A stretch of 63,788 nt of DNA, counting the filler, from Octopus bimaculoides (lineage: Eukaryota), in NCBI RefSeq assembly GCF_001194135.2. It is 7 parts of 6 records of this genome, joined end to end, with 100 filler letters (N's around TTAATTAATTAA, not from the genome) between each part and the next. Parts side by side here need not be neighbours in the genome. Positions count along the whole stretch, not along the records: positions 1 to 15,783 come from NC_068991.1; positions 15,884 to 32,471 come from NC_069008.1; 5 more parts are not named here. One strand, written 5' to 3'. Below are positions 12,588-25,040 of the stretch, piece by piece. Position numbers and translations under genes: made by a program. The notes under the pieces were generated by a model. The model had not been told where the DNA came from, searched no databases, and saw nothing but the letters and a program-made list of their open reading frames with translations. Every line of letters starts with the position of its first letter. Positions within the stretch are counted from its first letter, which is position 1.

Positions 12588-12975
12588 GTTGTTCGCACTC
12601 CGTCGCTTACGACGTCGAGGGTTCCAGTTGATCCGATCAACGGAACAGCCTGNNNNNNNNNNNNNNNNNNNNNNNNNNNNNNNNNNNNNNNNNNNNNNNN
12701 NNNNNNNNNAGTTCTCGGGGATATTCAGCGTGACACAATGTGACAAGGCTGACCCTTTGAATTACAGGCACAACAGAAACAGGAAGTAAGAGTGAGAGAA
12801 AGTTGCGGTGAAAGAGTACAGCAGGGTTCGCCACCATCCCCTGCCGGAGCCTCGTGGAGCTTTTAGGTGTTTTCGCTCAATAAACACTCACAACGCCCGG
12901 TCTGGGAATCGAAACCGCGATCCTATAACCGCAAGTCCGCTGCCCTAACCACTGGGCCATTTCACCTCCACTAGA
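12588..12975 (-). mobile_element. tRNA-derived SINE, third family (contains a 57-N gap)
   Basis: Minus head TGGCCCAGTGGTTAGGGC (A box) and GGTTTCGATTCCC (B box); tail ends in (AAC)n-like sequence. Confidence 0.7.
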
Positions 12976-12979
12976 CTGG

Positions 12980-13399
12980 ACATAACAATTATAGATAAGG
13001 AAAAGCGAAGTTGCTTACTAATCGATCCATCATGCTCTTTTGGTTCCAGGATCGAAAAGAAAGAGGAAGAAAAACAAACAAAACAATGCAAACCCTTAAA
13101 ATTTAAAATAGGAAGAATTTGGAGCATGCGAACAGTAAAGGTCTTGCCTATTAATAATTGGTGCGTTGGGAACAGTAAGCAAAGATATAGACAAATGGCT
13201 GAAGGAGATTGAAATAGATTGCCCTGTTGAGCTCCAGCAGAAAGTTTGTCCCTTGGAGATAGCAAGGATTATCAGGAGGGGTCTAAGTACTTGAAAGACT
13301 GCTGAAAACGTGTGGATACCTAAGGTTACAGGTAGTAACACGCTACTAACATTAATCCTATCAAGAATAAGACTGAACCTAAGCCAAACCAAAATGATA

Positions 13400-13478
<79 letters not shown>
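12980..13478 (+). mobile_element. R4/Dong-type REL-LINE 3' fragment with (AAT)n tail
   Basis: DITIIDKEKRSCLLID...EKKEEEK...KIGRIW...IIGALGTVSK...LEIARIIRR resembles the PD-(D/E)xK REL domain end. Confidence 0.8.
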
Positions 13479-13690
13479 GAGCTGAGGAGACTGTTAAAGT
13501 CCAAGGCAACAATTATTTCTCTAGTAATTGGTACACTTGGCACAACACCCAAAATTCTACCTAAAAAATAATTTTTAAAAAAGGGCTAAAAGAGTTTGGA
13601 ATTAAAATTCGCATTGTTGACCTGCAGAAAAGTACCATTCTATATTTTGCAAGAATCCCCCCAAAAGAGAGTCTTGAAATTTGAGGAGAC
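13478..13690 (+). mobile_element. Second R4/Dong-type 3' fragment
   Basis: ELRRLLKSKATIISLVIGTLGTTPK...DLQKSTILYFARI, the terminal REL-LINE motif; followed by (AGT)n. Confidence 0.7.
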
Positions 13691-13713
13691 TTGTTGTCAC
13701 CAAACATCATGGT

Positions 13714-13786
<73 letters not shown>

Positions 13787-13816
13787 GGTGGTGGTGATTT
13801 CTTTATTTTTTATATG

Positions 13817-13985
13817 GTTTCAAATTTTGGCACAAAGCCTGCAATTTTGAAGTGAGAAGTAATGAAGGAGGCCAACGACCTAGATACTTGTCATTATTTT
13901 ATCGACCGTGGAAGGATTAAAAAACAACGTTGACCTTGACGGATTTGAACTCCGAACGTAAAGATCCTTAAGCAAATAGCGCAAT
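13817..13985 (-). mobile_element. Degenerate SINE family A
   Basis: GTTTCAAATTTTGGCACAAAGCC...GGATTTGAACTCCGAACGTAAAGA. Confidence 0.65.
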
Positions 13986-14279
13986 TTCAAAACACTTGAT
14001 TCCTAATATTGACACAAGACCTCATATTTGGTTGGTTGGGGGGTGGGGGGGAGTTCTAATTAATTATGAGGGGGTTTATAATTAATTATATTAATTTAGT
14101 CCTTGATTGGTAATTATTTTATTGTTTCTTGGGGACATAAAAGTGAAATTCCTCATGGCTGGAATTGGAAACTAGAACCAAATTTAATATGGTCTGAAGG
14201 ATTCTACCAGAAAAAAGAAAAAGAAAAAGTGAAACAAATATATATATATATATATATACATACCACCACAGCACAATAC

Positions 14280-14388
14280 CACCACAGCACAATACCACCA
14301 ACAGCACTACTACCTATACCACCAGCACCAGTACTACTACGACGACTATCATTATCAACAATGTTACTCCTAATTACTACTACTACTA

Positions 14389-14448
<60 letters not shown>

Positions 14449-15760
14449 GCTACTGCTACTGCTGCTGCTGCTGCTACTGCTACTGCTGCTGCTACTGCTG
14501 CTGCTACTACAGCAACTACTACAGCAACTGCTGCCACTACTATGCTACTACTACTTCAGCTACTACTAACACCAATATCATTACTATCACTACCACCTAC
14601 ACTAGCATCACTGCTGCTACTACAACCCTAACAACTATTACTACCACTACCACTACTACCACCGCCACAACTAGCACCACCTCCTGCATCACTATCACCT
14701 ACCCCTGCCCCACCTCATCCCACCAACCTCCCCTCTGGGTCTGACCTATATAAAATTCAACTTTACTCCCTAAGGTATCTACCAAGGCGGTGGGGGTGGG
14801 GGAGGAAGTACGTGTATGAATTAGTATGTGTGTGCGTGTGTGTACGTGTATGTGTGTGAAGTGTTTGTGCACATATCTGTATGTGCATGTGTGTGTATTG
14901 TGTACGTGTGGGGGTATTGCGTGTGTGTGTGTGTACGTGCGTGCGTGTGTGTGTACGTGCGTGCGTGTGTGTGCATGTGTGGGTGCTTTTGTGTACATGT
15001 GTGTGTGTGCATGCGTGTGAGTATTGTATGCGTGTGGGGGTATTGCGTGCGTGTGTGTTCGTGTGTGCGTGTGTTTGTGCACATGTGTGTGCATGTGTGT
15101 GGATATAGTGTGCTTGTGTAGGTATTGTGTGCGTTTGTGAATGTTTGTGCACATGTGTGTGTGCATGTGCATGTGTATTGTGTGTGTGTGTGGATATAGT
15201 GTGTGTGGGTATTGCGTGTGTGTGTGTGTGTGCGTACGTATGTGTGTGTACGTATGTGTGTGTGAGTGTTTATGCACATGTGTGTATGCATGTGTGTATA
15301 TGTGTAGAAGCGCGTGCATGTGTGTTTCACTGTGGTTGTTATGTGTGTTTGTGTGGAGTGCGTGTGTGAGGGGAAGGAGGAACTCTATATGTGAATATGT
15401 GTTTGTGTGTGTGTGTGTTTCAGTGTGTGCATGCATTAATGCGTGTGCGAGTGGCTATATTGTTGCACCTTGCGGCGGTGGGAGCGGGGGAAGCGCAAAA
15501 ACTTGCACGTGTGAATGTGTGTGTAATTGTATACGTTTTGCGTGCATATTAATGTATGTATGTGTATATCTATATTTATGTTTTGTGTGTATGAGTGTGC
15601 GCATGTGCGTATTGATATGTGTGTGAGTGTGTGTCCTGTATTAAGCTGTACACTCATCGATCTTCGTTAGACTATTACACTAAATATGTGTGCGGGTGCG
15701 AGCGCGTGTATATATATTCATGTGTGGTGGTGGTGGTGGTGGTGGTGGTGGTATTATCAG
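14280..15760. repeat. (ACT/GCT/ACC)n trinucleotide block followed by a GT-rich compound minisatellite
   Basis: Direct reading; recurring unit GTTTGTGCACATGTGTG. Confidence 0.9.
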
Positions 15761-15783
15761 TTAGTACATCTGTGAAGAGAGAT

Positions 15784-15883
15784 NNNNNNNNNNNNNNNNN
15801 NNNNNNNNNNNNNNNNNNNNNNNNNNNTTAATTAATTAANNNNNNNNNNNNNNNNNNNNNNNNNNNNNNNNNNNNNNNNNNNN
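15784..15883. other. Artificial 100-bp scaffold linker N44-TTAATTAATTAA-N44
   Basis: Identical layout at 32472, 35464, 48484, 56942 and 61677; the 12-mer has stops in all six frames. Confidence 0.95.
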
Positions 15884-16259
15884 GAAAAAGAGTCAAAATT
15901 AAATGCAAGGTATACATAATTTAGTTTTTAAATGACTGAAATAACAAGTAATTAAAAATGCAACATTTCATGTGAAACAACCTAATAAATAGGTCAATAA
16001 TTATGAAAAAAAAAAAGGAAGAAACATCCGTTGCATGCAAGCAAGGCGGTCAAAACGTATATAAAAAGTAAATCTCTTTAAGTCTGGAAATATAAAATAT
16101 TACAAATGTTATAAATACTGTAGGTCTATAAAATAAAGTTTATAAATGAGTTTGGTTCAGCAGAACCAGATGTGCCGTGTTTTCAATTGCATGAACTAAA
16201 AGTCGGATGGAGACGGAATAAACGGCCTACATCACCTTTCTATAAAGGCAGGTAGTAAT

Positions 16260-17300
16260 TTCACTTTGTCTTTATTATTAGTGTTTTGAAGAGTGCAACT
16301 CGATTTTAATAGTTATATTTTCAAAGCTATAATGGAAGTGACAAAGAGACATATTCGGCATATTTTGTTTCATGAGTTCCATAAAGGCAACAAGGCAACA
16401 GAAAGTGTAAGGAATATTAATGCAGTATATGGGGATCGTTCAATAAGCGTAAGCCAGTGTCAACGGTGGTTCCAGAAATTCCGGGCCAGAAACTACAGTC
16501 TAGAAGACGAGCCTCGTCCTGGAAGATCTGTAGAGCTCAATGAGAATGTCCTACAAACTCTGGTGGAACAAAATTCCATCGTAACTGTTGAGTAACTAAC
16601 AGAAAAGCTGGGGTTTAGTCATTCAACCATTCATCGCCACCTGCGTGTCATCGGAAAAGTCAGCAAATGGTGTCAATGGGTTCCTCACAAACTTTCCAAG
16701 TTTAATCGCCCGCAGAGAGTGAATGTGTGCTTTTCGTTGCTGTCACGTTTCACGAATGAACCTTTCTTTTGGACCGAATAGAGACTGGTGGCGAGAAATT
16801 GGTTCTCTATAAAAATGTCAAGCGCCGAAAATAGTGGGGAGGGAAAAGAGAAACACCTGTAGTTCAAGTCAGTGCTAGAAAAAGAAGGACTATCTTTCGA
16901 TTCAAGACGAAATGTGTTCTTCCATCAGGATAATGCTCGGCCACATCCAGTGAGGCTGACATTCCAAAGGCTGGAGTAGTTTGAACGGGAAACGATGCCC
17001 CACCCATCATATTCGCCGGACATTGCCCCATCTGATTATCATTTATTCCTCACTCTTCAAAATCATTTGGACGAAAAAAATATGAATTCTGTAGACGAGG
17101 TCAGAACAGTACTGGAGGAGTATTTTTCGTCACGGACAAGTGAATTTTGGAAGAGGGGCCCTTGCAAGTCTACCAGATAGATGGAAGAGCATTGTAGAAA
17201 ATGAAGAGTATATATTTTAGATTAAAAGAAACCTTGTTTACCTTAATTTTTAAAAATAGAGTATTTTAAAAAACCGCATTATTTGTGGGATGACCCAATA
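16260..17300 (+). mobile_element. Mariner transposon, internally deleted pseudogene
   Basis: ATG 16332 MEVTKRHIRHILFHEF (HTH region), WVPHKL, TGGEK (TGDEK mutated), HQDNARPH, YSPDIAPSDYHLF; 3' TIR-like CCGCATTATTTGTGGGATGACCCAA followed by TA; several stops and frameshifts; no 5' TIR seen. Confidence 0.92.
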
Positions 17301-17532
17301 TATATATTTATCATTTCGGTAATAACCAAAGCTCTTCTGCCAAGTATCGGCTACCAAATATTATCACATATATTATCTGTCTCAGGATTATACATGTAGA
17401 GCCGCGTAAATAAAGCTTATATACGCGCGCGTGTGTGTGTGTGTATGACTGTGTGTGTGCGTGAGTGTGTTGTGCGCGCGCGCACGTGCGTATATGTATT
17501 CATGTGGTACATTGCAGTTTTCAGAAAAAAGT

Positions 17533-17580
17533 GTGGGTGTATAACGTTTCGAGCATTGATCTTCGTCAGAAAGAAGAGGA
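17533..17580 (-). ncRNA. Minimal hammerhead motif, same family as 2544 (intact core, decayed stems)
   Basis: Minus: TCTTT-CTGACGA-A-GATC(AAT)GCTC-GAAAC-GTT-ATACA; stem I 3/5 pairs, stem II 3/4 pairs. Confidence 0.55.
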
Positions 17581-17615
17581 GGAAAGATCCGGAAAAGGAA
17601 AAATGTCCAAGAAAA

Positions 17616-17647
<32 letters not shown>

Positions 17648-17799
17648 ATTTATGTACAGTATATTTTATAACTCACAAGTAAGTGAATCTAGAAGTCAGT
17701 CAGATTGGGAAATACATGAATTATAAGAAACATTCTCTCCTTCCTTTGTTAATTCATTCGCATCGAAGAAGAAATTTATAGAAAAATATATTACAAAGA

Positions 17800-17942
17800 A
17801 GAGCTGGCGTAAATTGAAGACACTGATAGAGTAAGTACTAGATTTTACGAAAAAGAAGTACTGGGCTCGATTTGTTCTACCAACCCTTCATCGTGGTACC
17901 CCAGGAGAGCCTCAGTTCAACGACTGATAGAAGTAAAAGATA
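17800..17942 (+). mobile_element. Degenerate SINE family B, 3' part
   Basis: GATAGAGTAAGTACTAG...CTCGATTTGTTCTAC...GACTGATAGAAGTAAAAGA. Confidence 0.55.
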
Positions 17943-18084
17943 TGTTTCTCTAGTTATATAGAATTTTAAATTTAAACAGAAAAGGAAGTGATGACTACTT
18001 ATTGTCTATAAACTTTCAAGTTGTTAATGGAAAACCTGTATTCAGTAGTAATCTAAATAATTGAAATATTCTGTAATATATTGA

Positions 18085-18497
18085 TTGACATACATACATA
18101 CATACATACATGCATACATACATACATACACACACACATGCATACATAAGGTAATCAGAGATCGGCGGCTATTAGATATACAAGAAGAATTTTTGCCGGA
18201 GTCATTATTTAATACATATTAAATAATAGGAATGACTAATCGATGTTAGAATCAACGTCTATAAACATGATATGTAATTAATCACCTCAAGCCATTGAAA
18301 ACAATCGTAAATGGAATAAAAAATTATACCATAAACGTCACTCTTCCTTTGTTATGTATGTATGTATGTATGTATGTATGTGTGTGTGTATGTAGGTATG
18401 TATGTATGTGTCTATGTATGTATGTATGTATGTATGTATGTATGAATGTATGTATGTATGTATGTGTGTATGTATGTATGTATGTGTGTATGTATGA

Positions 18498-18529
<32 letters not shown>

Positions 18530-18623
18530 GTAGATAGATAGTACTTACATACATACATAGAGGGATAGATCTACGTATCTGTGTGTGTATATATATGTGC
18601 GTGTGTGTATAAATATATATGTA

Positions 18624-18692
<69 letters not shown>

Positions 18693-19100
18693 GTATANNN
18701 NNNNNNNNNNNNNNNNNNNNNNNNNNNNNNNNNNNNNNNNNNNNNTATATATATATATAAAGAGAGAGAGAGAGTGAGAGAGATAGTGAGAGAGATGCCT
18801 GTATACGTATGCATGTATCTATGTATCTATGCATGTATGTGTGTTTGTATGTATGTATGTATGTATGTATGTATGTATGTGTGTAGGTAGGTTGGTTGGT
18901 ATATGTGCAGACATGTATGTTTTGTTTTTAGTTACAAATCTAGACTTGCTCATATATATTTATGTATATGATAAACGGCTGTTTGTATGCTTGTATGTAT
19001 GTACGTACATACGTATGTATGTATGTATGTATGTATTATGTATGTATGTATGTATGTACGTATGTATGTATGTATGTATGTATGTATGTATGTATGCATG
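18085..19100. repeat. (TACA/ATGT)n, (GATA)n, (CT)n, (TA)n microsatellite cluster
   Basis: Direct reading. Confidence 0.9.
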
Positions 19101-19630
19101 AAACGTCGATGCACACGCATAAATTAACAACCTCGCAAGAAGTGAATGCTCGAAATCTTCGTGGAATGACTCTGCAACTTCATATAAAAGGAAAGCATGA
19201 TTGGAAACACAAAAACACGTCGACTGCGAGATACCATTTCCCCACTGGTTTGGTTGATTGAAACTGATCTTCGAATGTACAAAACAACAACAGTATCAAT
19301 ATAAACAACAAAAACCTGCATGTTTCGATAGTCGTTTAACACACCAACGTCCTCCCACACCCACACGCACGCACACACACATACATGTAAACTATCAGAC
19401 ATATACACAATTATATTTATGTATAAGTGCAGATAAAAAGGATCAGGCAGACAGGAAGGATCTTAACGCCAGATTATACAATATGCATTATACATAGATA
19501 TATAAACACATACACACGCGCGCGCGCACATACACACATACATACATACATACATACACACATACATGCATACATGCATACATACATGCATACATACATA
19601 CATACATACATGCATACATACATACATACA

Positions 19631-20870
19631 TCTCACAATGCTTGTGCAATACCAGTGCTAATGCCAATATTTGAGATATTAGACTGGACACTCAATGAGA
19701 CTCGCAGCCTGGCCATCAGGACTACAAGGGTGCTGACCACCACTGGCAACTTCCACATTAACAGTGACACCGAATGGATTTATGTGAGAGGAAGTGATGG
19801 CGGTAGAGGCATTAGGTCGGTCCAAACAGCCTTTGAATGTCGCATTTTGTCACTCAGACAACTCCTGTTGAACGATAAAGAAAGAAATGAGTATATCCTG
19901 TGTATATTCAAAACTGATAGCAGCTGCATCTTCAGAATTTGGGAAGAACATCTGTGCATGTACTCTGAGAATACAACTGCCCCATGCGGCCCCAAGGAGG
20001 CTGAACTAGGCCTACCTAAACAGAAGTTTGGAGGAGAAACAGGCATCATACCAACAAGAAGCAATGCCTGAGTATATATTATTTAAGCTTCTCCTCGACT
20101 GATAAATTGATAGATTACTTCTCCGCGATTGATAGATTACATCCAGCTTAGAAGGATCTAGCTTCTCTATCCAGGAACAAGAGATAGCTTCTTAACACCT
20201 GATAAACAAAAGGGACAAAGATACCACCAAACCTCCACATTGTGGTAAAAAAAATATCGGCTCTGCTACATCAGTATGGAAGATATCATCCACATCATAA
20301 GCGGCTTCTCCAAAATGTCTAGGGGATACTACTTGCCCCTGAGGCGTGATATAGTTGCAAAGACTATCCGTAATAAAGACTACCCTGATGTATGCATCAA
20401 AGGCATGTCAGAACCAGCAGGTATTCACACCTTTAAAAACAAGGAATACTGGTGGAACACCCCGATAAAAACATCAGTTTGGTGCAAACATAACAGACCT
20501 GATATTGTCCTAGGGGACAGGCAACAAAAGTTATGCGCTGTTATAGAAGTCAGTGCCCAACAGATGTGAATGTACAATCAAAAGTCCAGGAAAAGAGAAA
20601 AATTATGGCGAATTAATGCGGAGCTTATAGTTCTTGCACCTTGACTATAAATTCTCATTTGTACCTATTATCATTGATACATTAGGTCATGTACCAACAA
20701 AATGGCACAAAAAATCTAGTTTTACGGAAAAAGAATTAAAAAAAACTAACGCACATTCTCCAAATCCAGTCTATTAGTGGTACAGTGAAGATTTGTAAGA
20801 CATTCCAGAAATTCTCCATGTGTGATTTTTATGTGAATAGATGCACACACTTAGGTGTGTATGCATCGAC
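19631..20870 (+). mobile_element. R4/Dong-type LINE: RT thumb, zinc-knuckle region and REL domain, degenerate
   Basis: AIPVLMPIFEILDWT...GNFHINSD...GGRGIRS; YYLPLRRDIVAK; WWNTPIKT...HNRPDIV...IEVS; SISGTVKICKTFQKF*; short 3' hairpin at 20840-20867. Confidence 0.88.
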
Positions 20871-21699
20871 AGTTCAACCAACACGCTATCTCTACAAAAT
20901 ATTTACAAACACCGGGAATTCTCTTAACTCAAAACATTTTGTTGCTTTTTAGGAACCAACTTGAACTCTCTCTCAAGAACATAAATCAAACTCAAAGAAA
21001 AATCATACATACATACATACATACATACTTATTCCATAATAATTCTTCATAAATTTCACTATACTAACTTCAGTGGATGGCGTATTTTTTTTTTCAATAC
21101 ATACATATCGTGCTATCAAAGCCAACTGTAAATCAAATTGAGATAGTAGATATTTATAGGTGAAGAAGGCCATAAGATACCGGACAGCATTAGTCCTACC
21201 ACCTACTGACCTTAGGAGACATTCGATACCAAGAGACAGGAATTATGCAGACACAAAGATTAAATTAAATGTTTATTTATCTATCTTGCTATTTAATTAT
21301 TTTCCTTTTTATTTTTGCTTTCTTCATTTACCCCTTTTCTTGAACAGTCGAACAGAATCTATGCTTTACGATCTAATGGCGTTTGCTTTTTTGTTTTAAC
21401 TGTGAAATGTGAATGGAATTATAGTAGAATCAAAGTAGGATACATATATGCTGTGGAATATAGTTTGATTTAGTAGACTCTTTGTGTCTCTGCAAGATGA
21501 ATCTACATTTACCGATGTCGTTGGAATAACACTGGTATGATGATATTGTATGATACATTTAATATATAATATTTCAGCAATAATCTGCTGGTAAAATGGA
21601 GATGCGACAATTGTACTGTTATGCAATAAAACATCTTACGCTTTATCATTTTCCTTTTACTGGTCTCTGTCAGAGGCTGAGGCCATGCTGGAGCACCGC

Positions 21700-23830
21700 C
21701 TGTAAGTGTGACTGGGTTTCTTTTCTGTACTATTTCTAGTAAAGTAGCGAGTTGGACGAGACTGCTCTTCTTTGTGCCTTCTGTCGCGATGTGGGTTCAT
21801 CTGGTTGTCCAGACACTCTTGGAAGACCACCACGTCGACACTTCGCAACTCTCTGGGGCTGTTTACCAGAATGTTGAATAGCTGTGATCCCATGAAAAGC
21901 AAGCTGTTACAGTACTTGGTCTTTATTCCAGATGGAGAGGACGAGATCTTTGTACTTTGCAATACCGCATAGTTCGGTGGGTGACATAGCATCAATTCCA
22001 AAGTTGGGAGCTAGGTTTCCTAGTCTCTTCCATATGCATATCACAACATATCTTTCACGCCTTCTCTTTTGGAAGTAGAACTTCAGCTCCTTTAGCTTCT
22101 CTCCTCTGTTTCACCGAGTCAGTCTTATTTGTGTAGCGGCGCTGAATTGCATCAAGTTTGATGTTCTGTGGTTTCAGTATTCTAACAAAATGCTGTGTGA
22201 AGCAGCTCTTCTCTGGACGGAAAGCATGTTGCGTATTTGTGAGCAAGTTATTTTCTTCCAGGAACATGATCAGCCTCCTCCTAACAATGCGTTCCATGAC
22301 CTTGCTAACATCTGAAGTCAGAGAGACAAGCTGTAATTTTTAGCATCTGCTCTGCTTCCTTGTTTATGGGCAAGGCATATTCTTTTCTTTTCTACTCTAG
22401 GCATAAAGCCGAAATTTTCGAGGTGAGGGGACCAGTCGATTAGATCGACCCCAGTACGCAACTGGTACTTAATTTATCAAGCCCGAAAGGATGAAAGCAA
22501 AGTCAACCTCGGCGGAATTTAANNNNNNNNNNNNNNNNNNNNNNNNNNNNNNNNNNNNNNNNNNNNNNNNNNNNNNNNNNNNNNNNNNNNNNNNNNNNNN
22601 NNNNNNNNNNNNNNNNNNNNNNNNNNNNNNNNNNNNNNNNNNNNNNNNNNNNNNNNNNNNNNNNNNNNNNNNNNNNNNNNNNNNNNNNNNNNNNNNNNNN
22701 NNNNNNNNNNNNNNNNNNNNNNNNNNNNNNNNNNNNNNNNNNNNNNNNNNNNNNNNNNNNNNNNNNNNNNNNNNNNNNNNNNNNNNNNNNNNNNNNNNNN
22801 NNNNNNNNNNNNNNNNNNNNNNNNNNNNNNNNNNNNNNNNNNNNNNNNNNNNNNNNNNNNNNNNNNNNNNNNNNNNNNNNNNNNNNNNNNNNNNNNNNNN
22901 NNNNNNNNNNNNNNNNNNNNNNNNNNNNNNNNNNNNNNNNNNNNNNNNNNNNNNNNNNNNNNNNNNNNNNNNNNNNNNNNNNNNNNNNNNNNNNNNNNNN
23001 NNNNNNNNNNNNNNNNNNNNNNNNNNNNNNNNNNNNNNNNNNNNNNNNNNNNNNNNNNNNNNNNNNNNNNNNNNNNNNNNNNNNNNNNNNCTGACAAAAT
23101 TCCATGCTGCATCATAATTTGTTTATTTAAGCGATTGAAGATGTTTATTCTCCGTTTCATCAGGACTCTCCTGCCTCGGGGAATGATGTTTTTTATATAA
23201 CTTCTCTGAGACAAGCTTAATGCATATTGCTCGTATTATTGACATAAATTCTTTAAGTTTCATATCAATGTCTTGCGTAGAGTGACTTGTAATAGAGACT
23301 TAATTTTGCTGGAGTATCTGTTCTTCAATTGACTTCTAGATTCGTAAAGGTTCAAATTGGGTTTGGGGACCATTTGTGTGGCAAAAATCTTCAATTAGTT
23401 TTGGACCATACATTGTCAGTTCTATCATGTAGTCAGAGAAAATTGTCAGTGATATCTTCACATTGTGGATAAGCAGACGTCTAAGATGTTATTGTTTCTA
23501 GTTGGGAAAAGTATGGTTTGCTTCATGAACAGTATTTCCCTGAGATCAAGCAGGAAACGTTCTTTGCGTGTCGTTCCTGAGATTATGTCGCCATCCAGGC
23601 ATCTGATGTAAGGGAAGTTGCAGTCACTCATCAGAAGTACATTAATACATTTATCTAGTTTTGTTAGTAGTTCTTTAATCATTGTAAGACTTTCTTCAAA
23701 TTTACCATCATGATTTGAGGCATTAGGTGGGTGATATAATATGCATGCTACCACATCAAGTTTACATTTTTATATAAATTCCACTGATACCCATGGATTT
23801 CCAGGTATATCTTCAGAAATACGGTCGGTT
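21700..23830 (-). mobile_element. CR1-like (APE-type) LINE with large deletions; APE part 23091-23830, RT/3' part 21700-22385
   Basis: ILYHPPN...VLLMSDCNFP...PTRNNNILDVC (APE); AKNY..VSLTSDVSKVMERIVRRRL...QHAFRPEKSCFTQ (RT start) joined directly to LDAIQRRYT and GSQLFNIL (C-terminus). A SINE and a gap intervene. Confidence 0.8.
22390..22522 (-). mobile_element. SINE family A, 3' half, cut by a gap
   Basis: CAGTCGATTAGATCGACCCCAGTACGCAACTGGTACTT...CTCGGCGGAATT. Confidence 0.85.
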
Positions 23831-24707
23831 TTCGCTGTAAAACCGTATTTGTTAACCGTAGATGAGCACTCTAAAGCAAAGTGCACGGTATATACCCAAA
23901 TTGAATTGATATATGTTATGTACACACACACACACACACACACACACAAAGACACACACACAAAGACACACACAAACACAAACACANNNNNNNNNNNNNN
24001 NNNNNNNNNNNNNNNNNNNNNNNNNNNNNNNNNNNNNNNNNNNNNNNNNNNNNNNNNNNNNNNNNNNNNNNNNNNNNNNNNNNNNNNNNNNNNNNNNNNN
24101 NNNNNNNNNNNNNNNNNNNNNNNNNNNNNNNNNNNNNNNNNNNNNNNNNNNNNNNNNNNNNNNNNNNNNNNNNNNNNNNNNNNNNNNNNNNNNNNNNNNN
24201 NNNNNNNNNNNNNNNNNNNNNNNNNNNNNNNNNNNNNNNNNNNNNNNNNNNNNNNNNNNNNNNNNNNNNNNNNNNNNNNNNNNNNNNNNNNNNNNNNNNN
24301 NNNNNNNNNNNNNNNNNNNNNNNNNNNNNNNNNNNNNNNNNNNNNNNNNNNNNNNNNNNNNNNNNNNNNNNNNNNNNNNNNNNNNNNNNNNNNNNNNNNN
24401 NNNNNNNNNNNNNNNNNNNNNNNNNNNNNNNNNNNNNNNNNNNNNNNNNNNNNNNNNNNNNNNNNNNNNNNNNNNNNNNNNNNNNNNNNNNNNNNNNNNN
24501 NNNNNNNNNNNNNNNNNNNNNNNNNNNNNNNNNNNNNNNNNNNNNNNNNNNNNNNNNNNNNNNNNNNNNNNNNNNNNNNNNNNNNNNNNNNNNNNNNNNN
24601 NNNNNNNNNNNNNNNNNNNNNNNNNNNNNNNNNNNNNNNNNNNNNNNNNNNNNNNNNNNNNNNNNNNNNNNNNNNNNNNNNNNNNNNNNNNNNNNNNNNN
24701 NNNNNNN

Positions 24708-25040
24708 TAGCCCTTTCATGGCGTCTGATGTGGCTTTTTAAACCAGACAGTGTTTTGAAAAAACACCCACACAGATTGCACCTCTGATTTGCACTACCAA
24801 TACCTGCAAGTAAGTTCTGCTCATTGTGGATCCTAACATGTCTTTTAAGACCCCCATTGGATTTGCAAACCCTCTGGAACACACCACATTCAAACGTGTG
24901 CACAGACATATAATCAGAATAGCTGGATGAGGTTTGTTTTCCATGGGTTCGCAGGTGAGATTTGAGGCCAGCCAAGGACAGACATGGTCTGTCACAGACT
25001 GTGCACACAAAAAGGTCCTTGTCATTCACCTTCTCAGAGA
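24708..25040 (-). mobile_element. Three tandem C2H2-type zinc fingers, probable RTE-LINE C-terminus
   Basis: Open frame CTVCDRPCLSLAGLKSHLRTH / CGVFQRVCKSNGGLKRHVRIH / CNLCGCFFKTLSGLKSHIRRH; the GLxSH pattern is typical of RTE terminal fingers and there are no TGEKP linkers; bounded by (GACA)n and a gap. Confidence 0.7.

Noticed and set aside
12900-12975. tRNA gene
   Set aside because: A and B boxes are present but no full cloverleaf; it continues into a SINE body.
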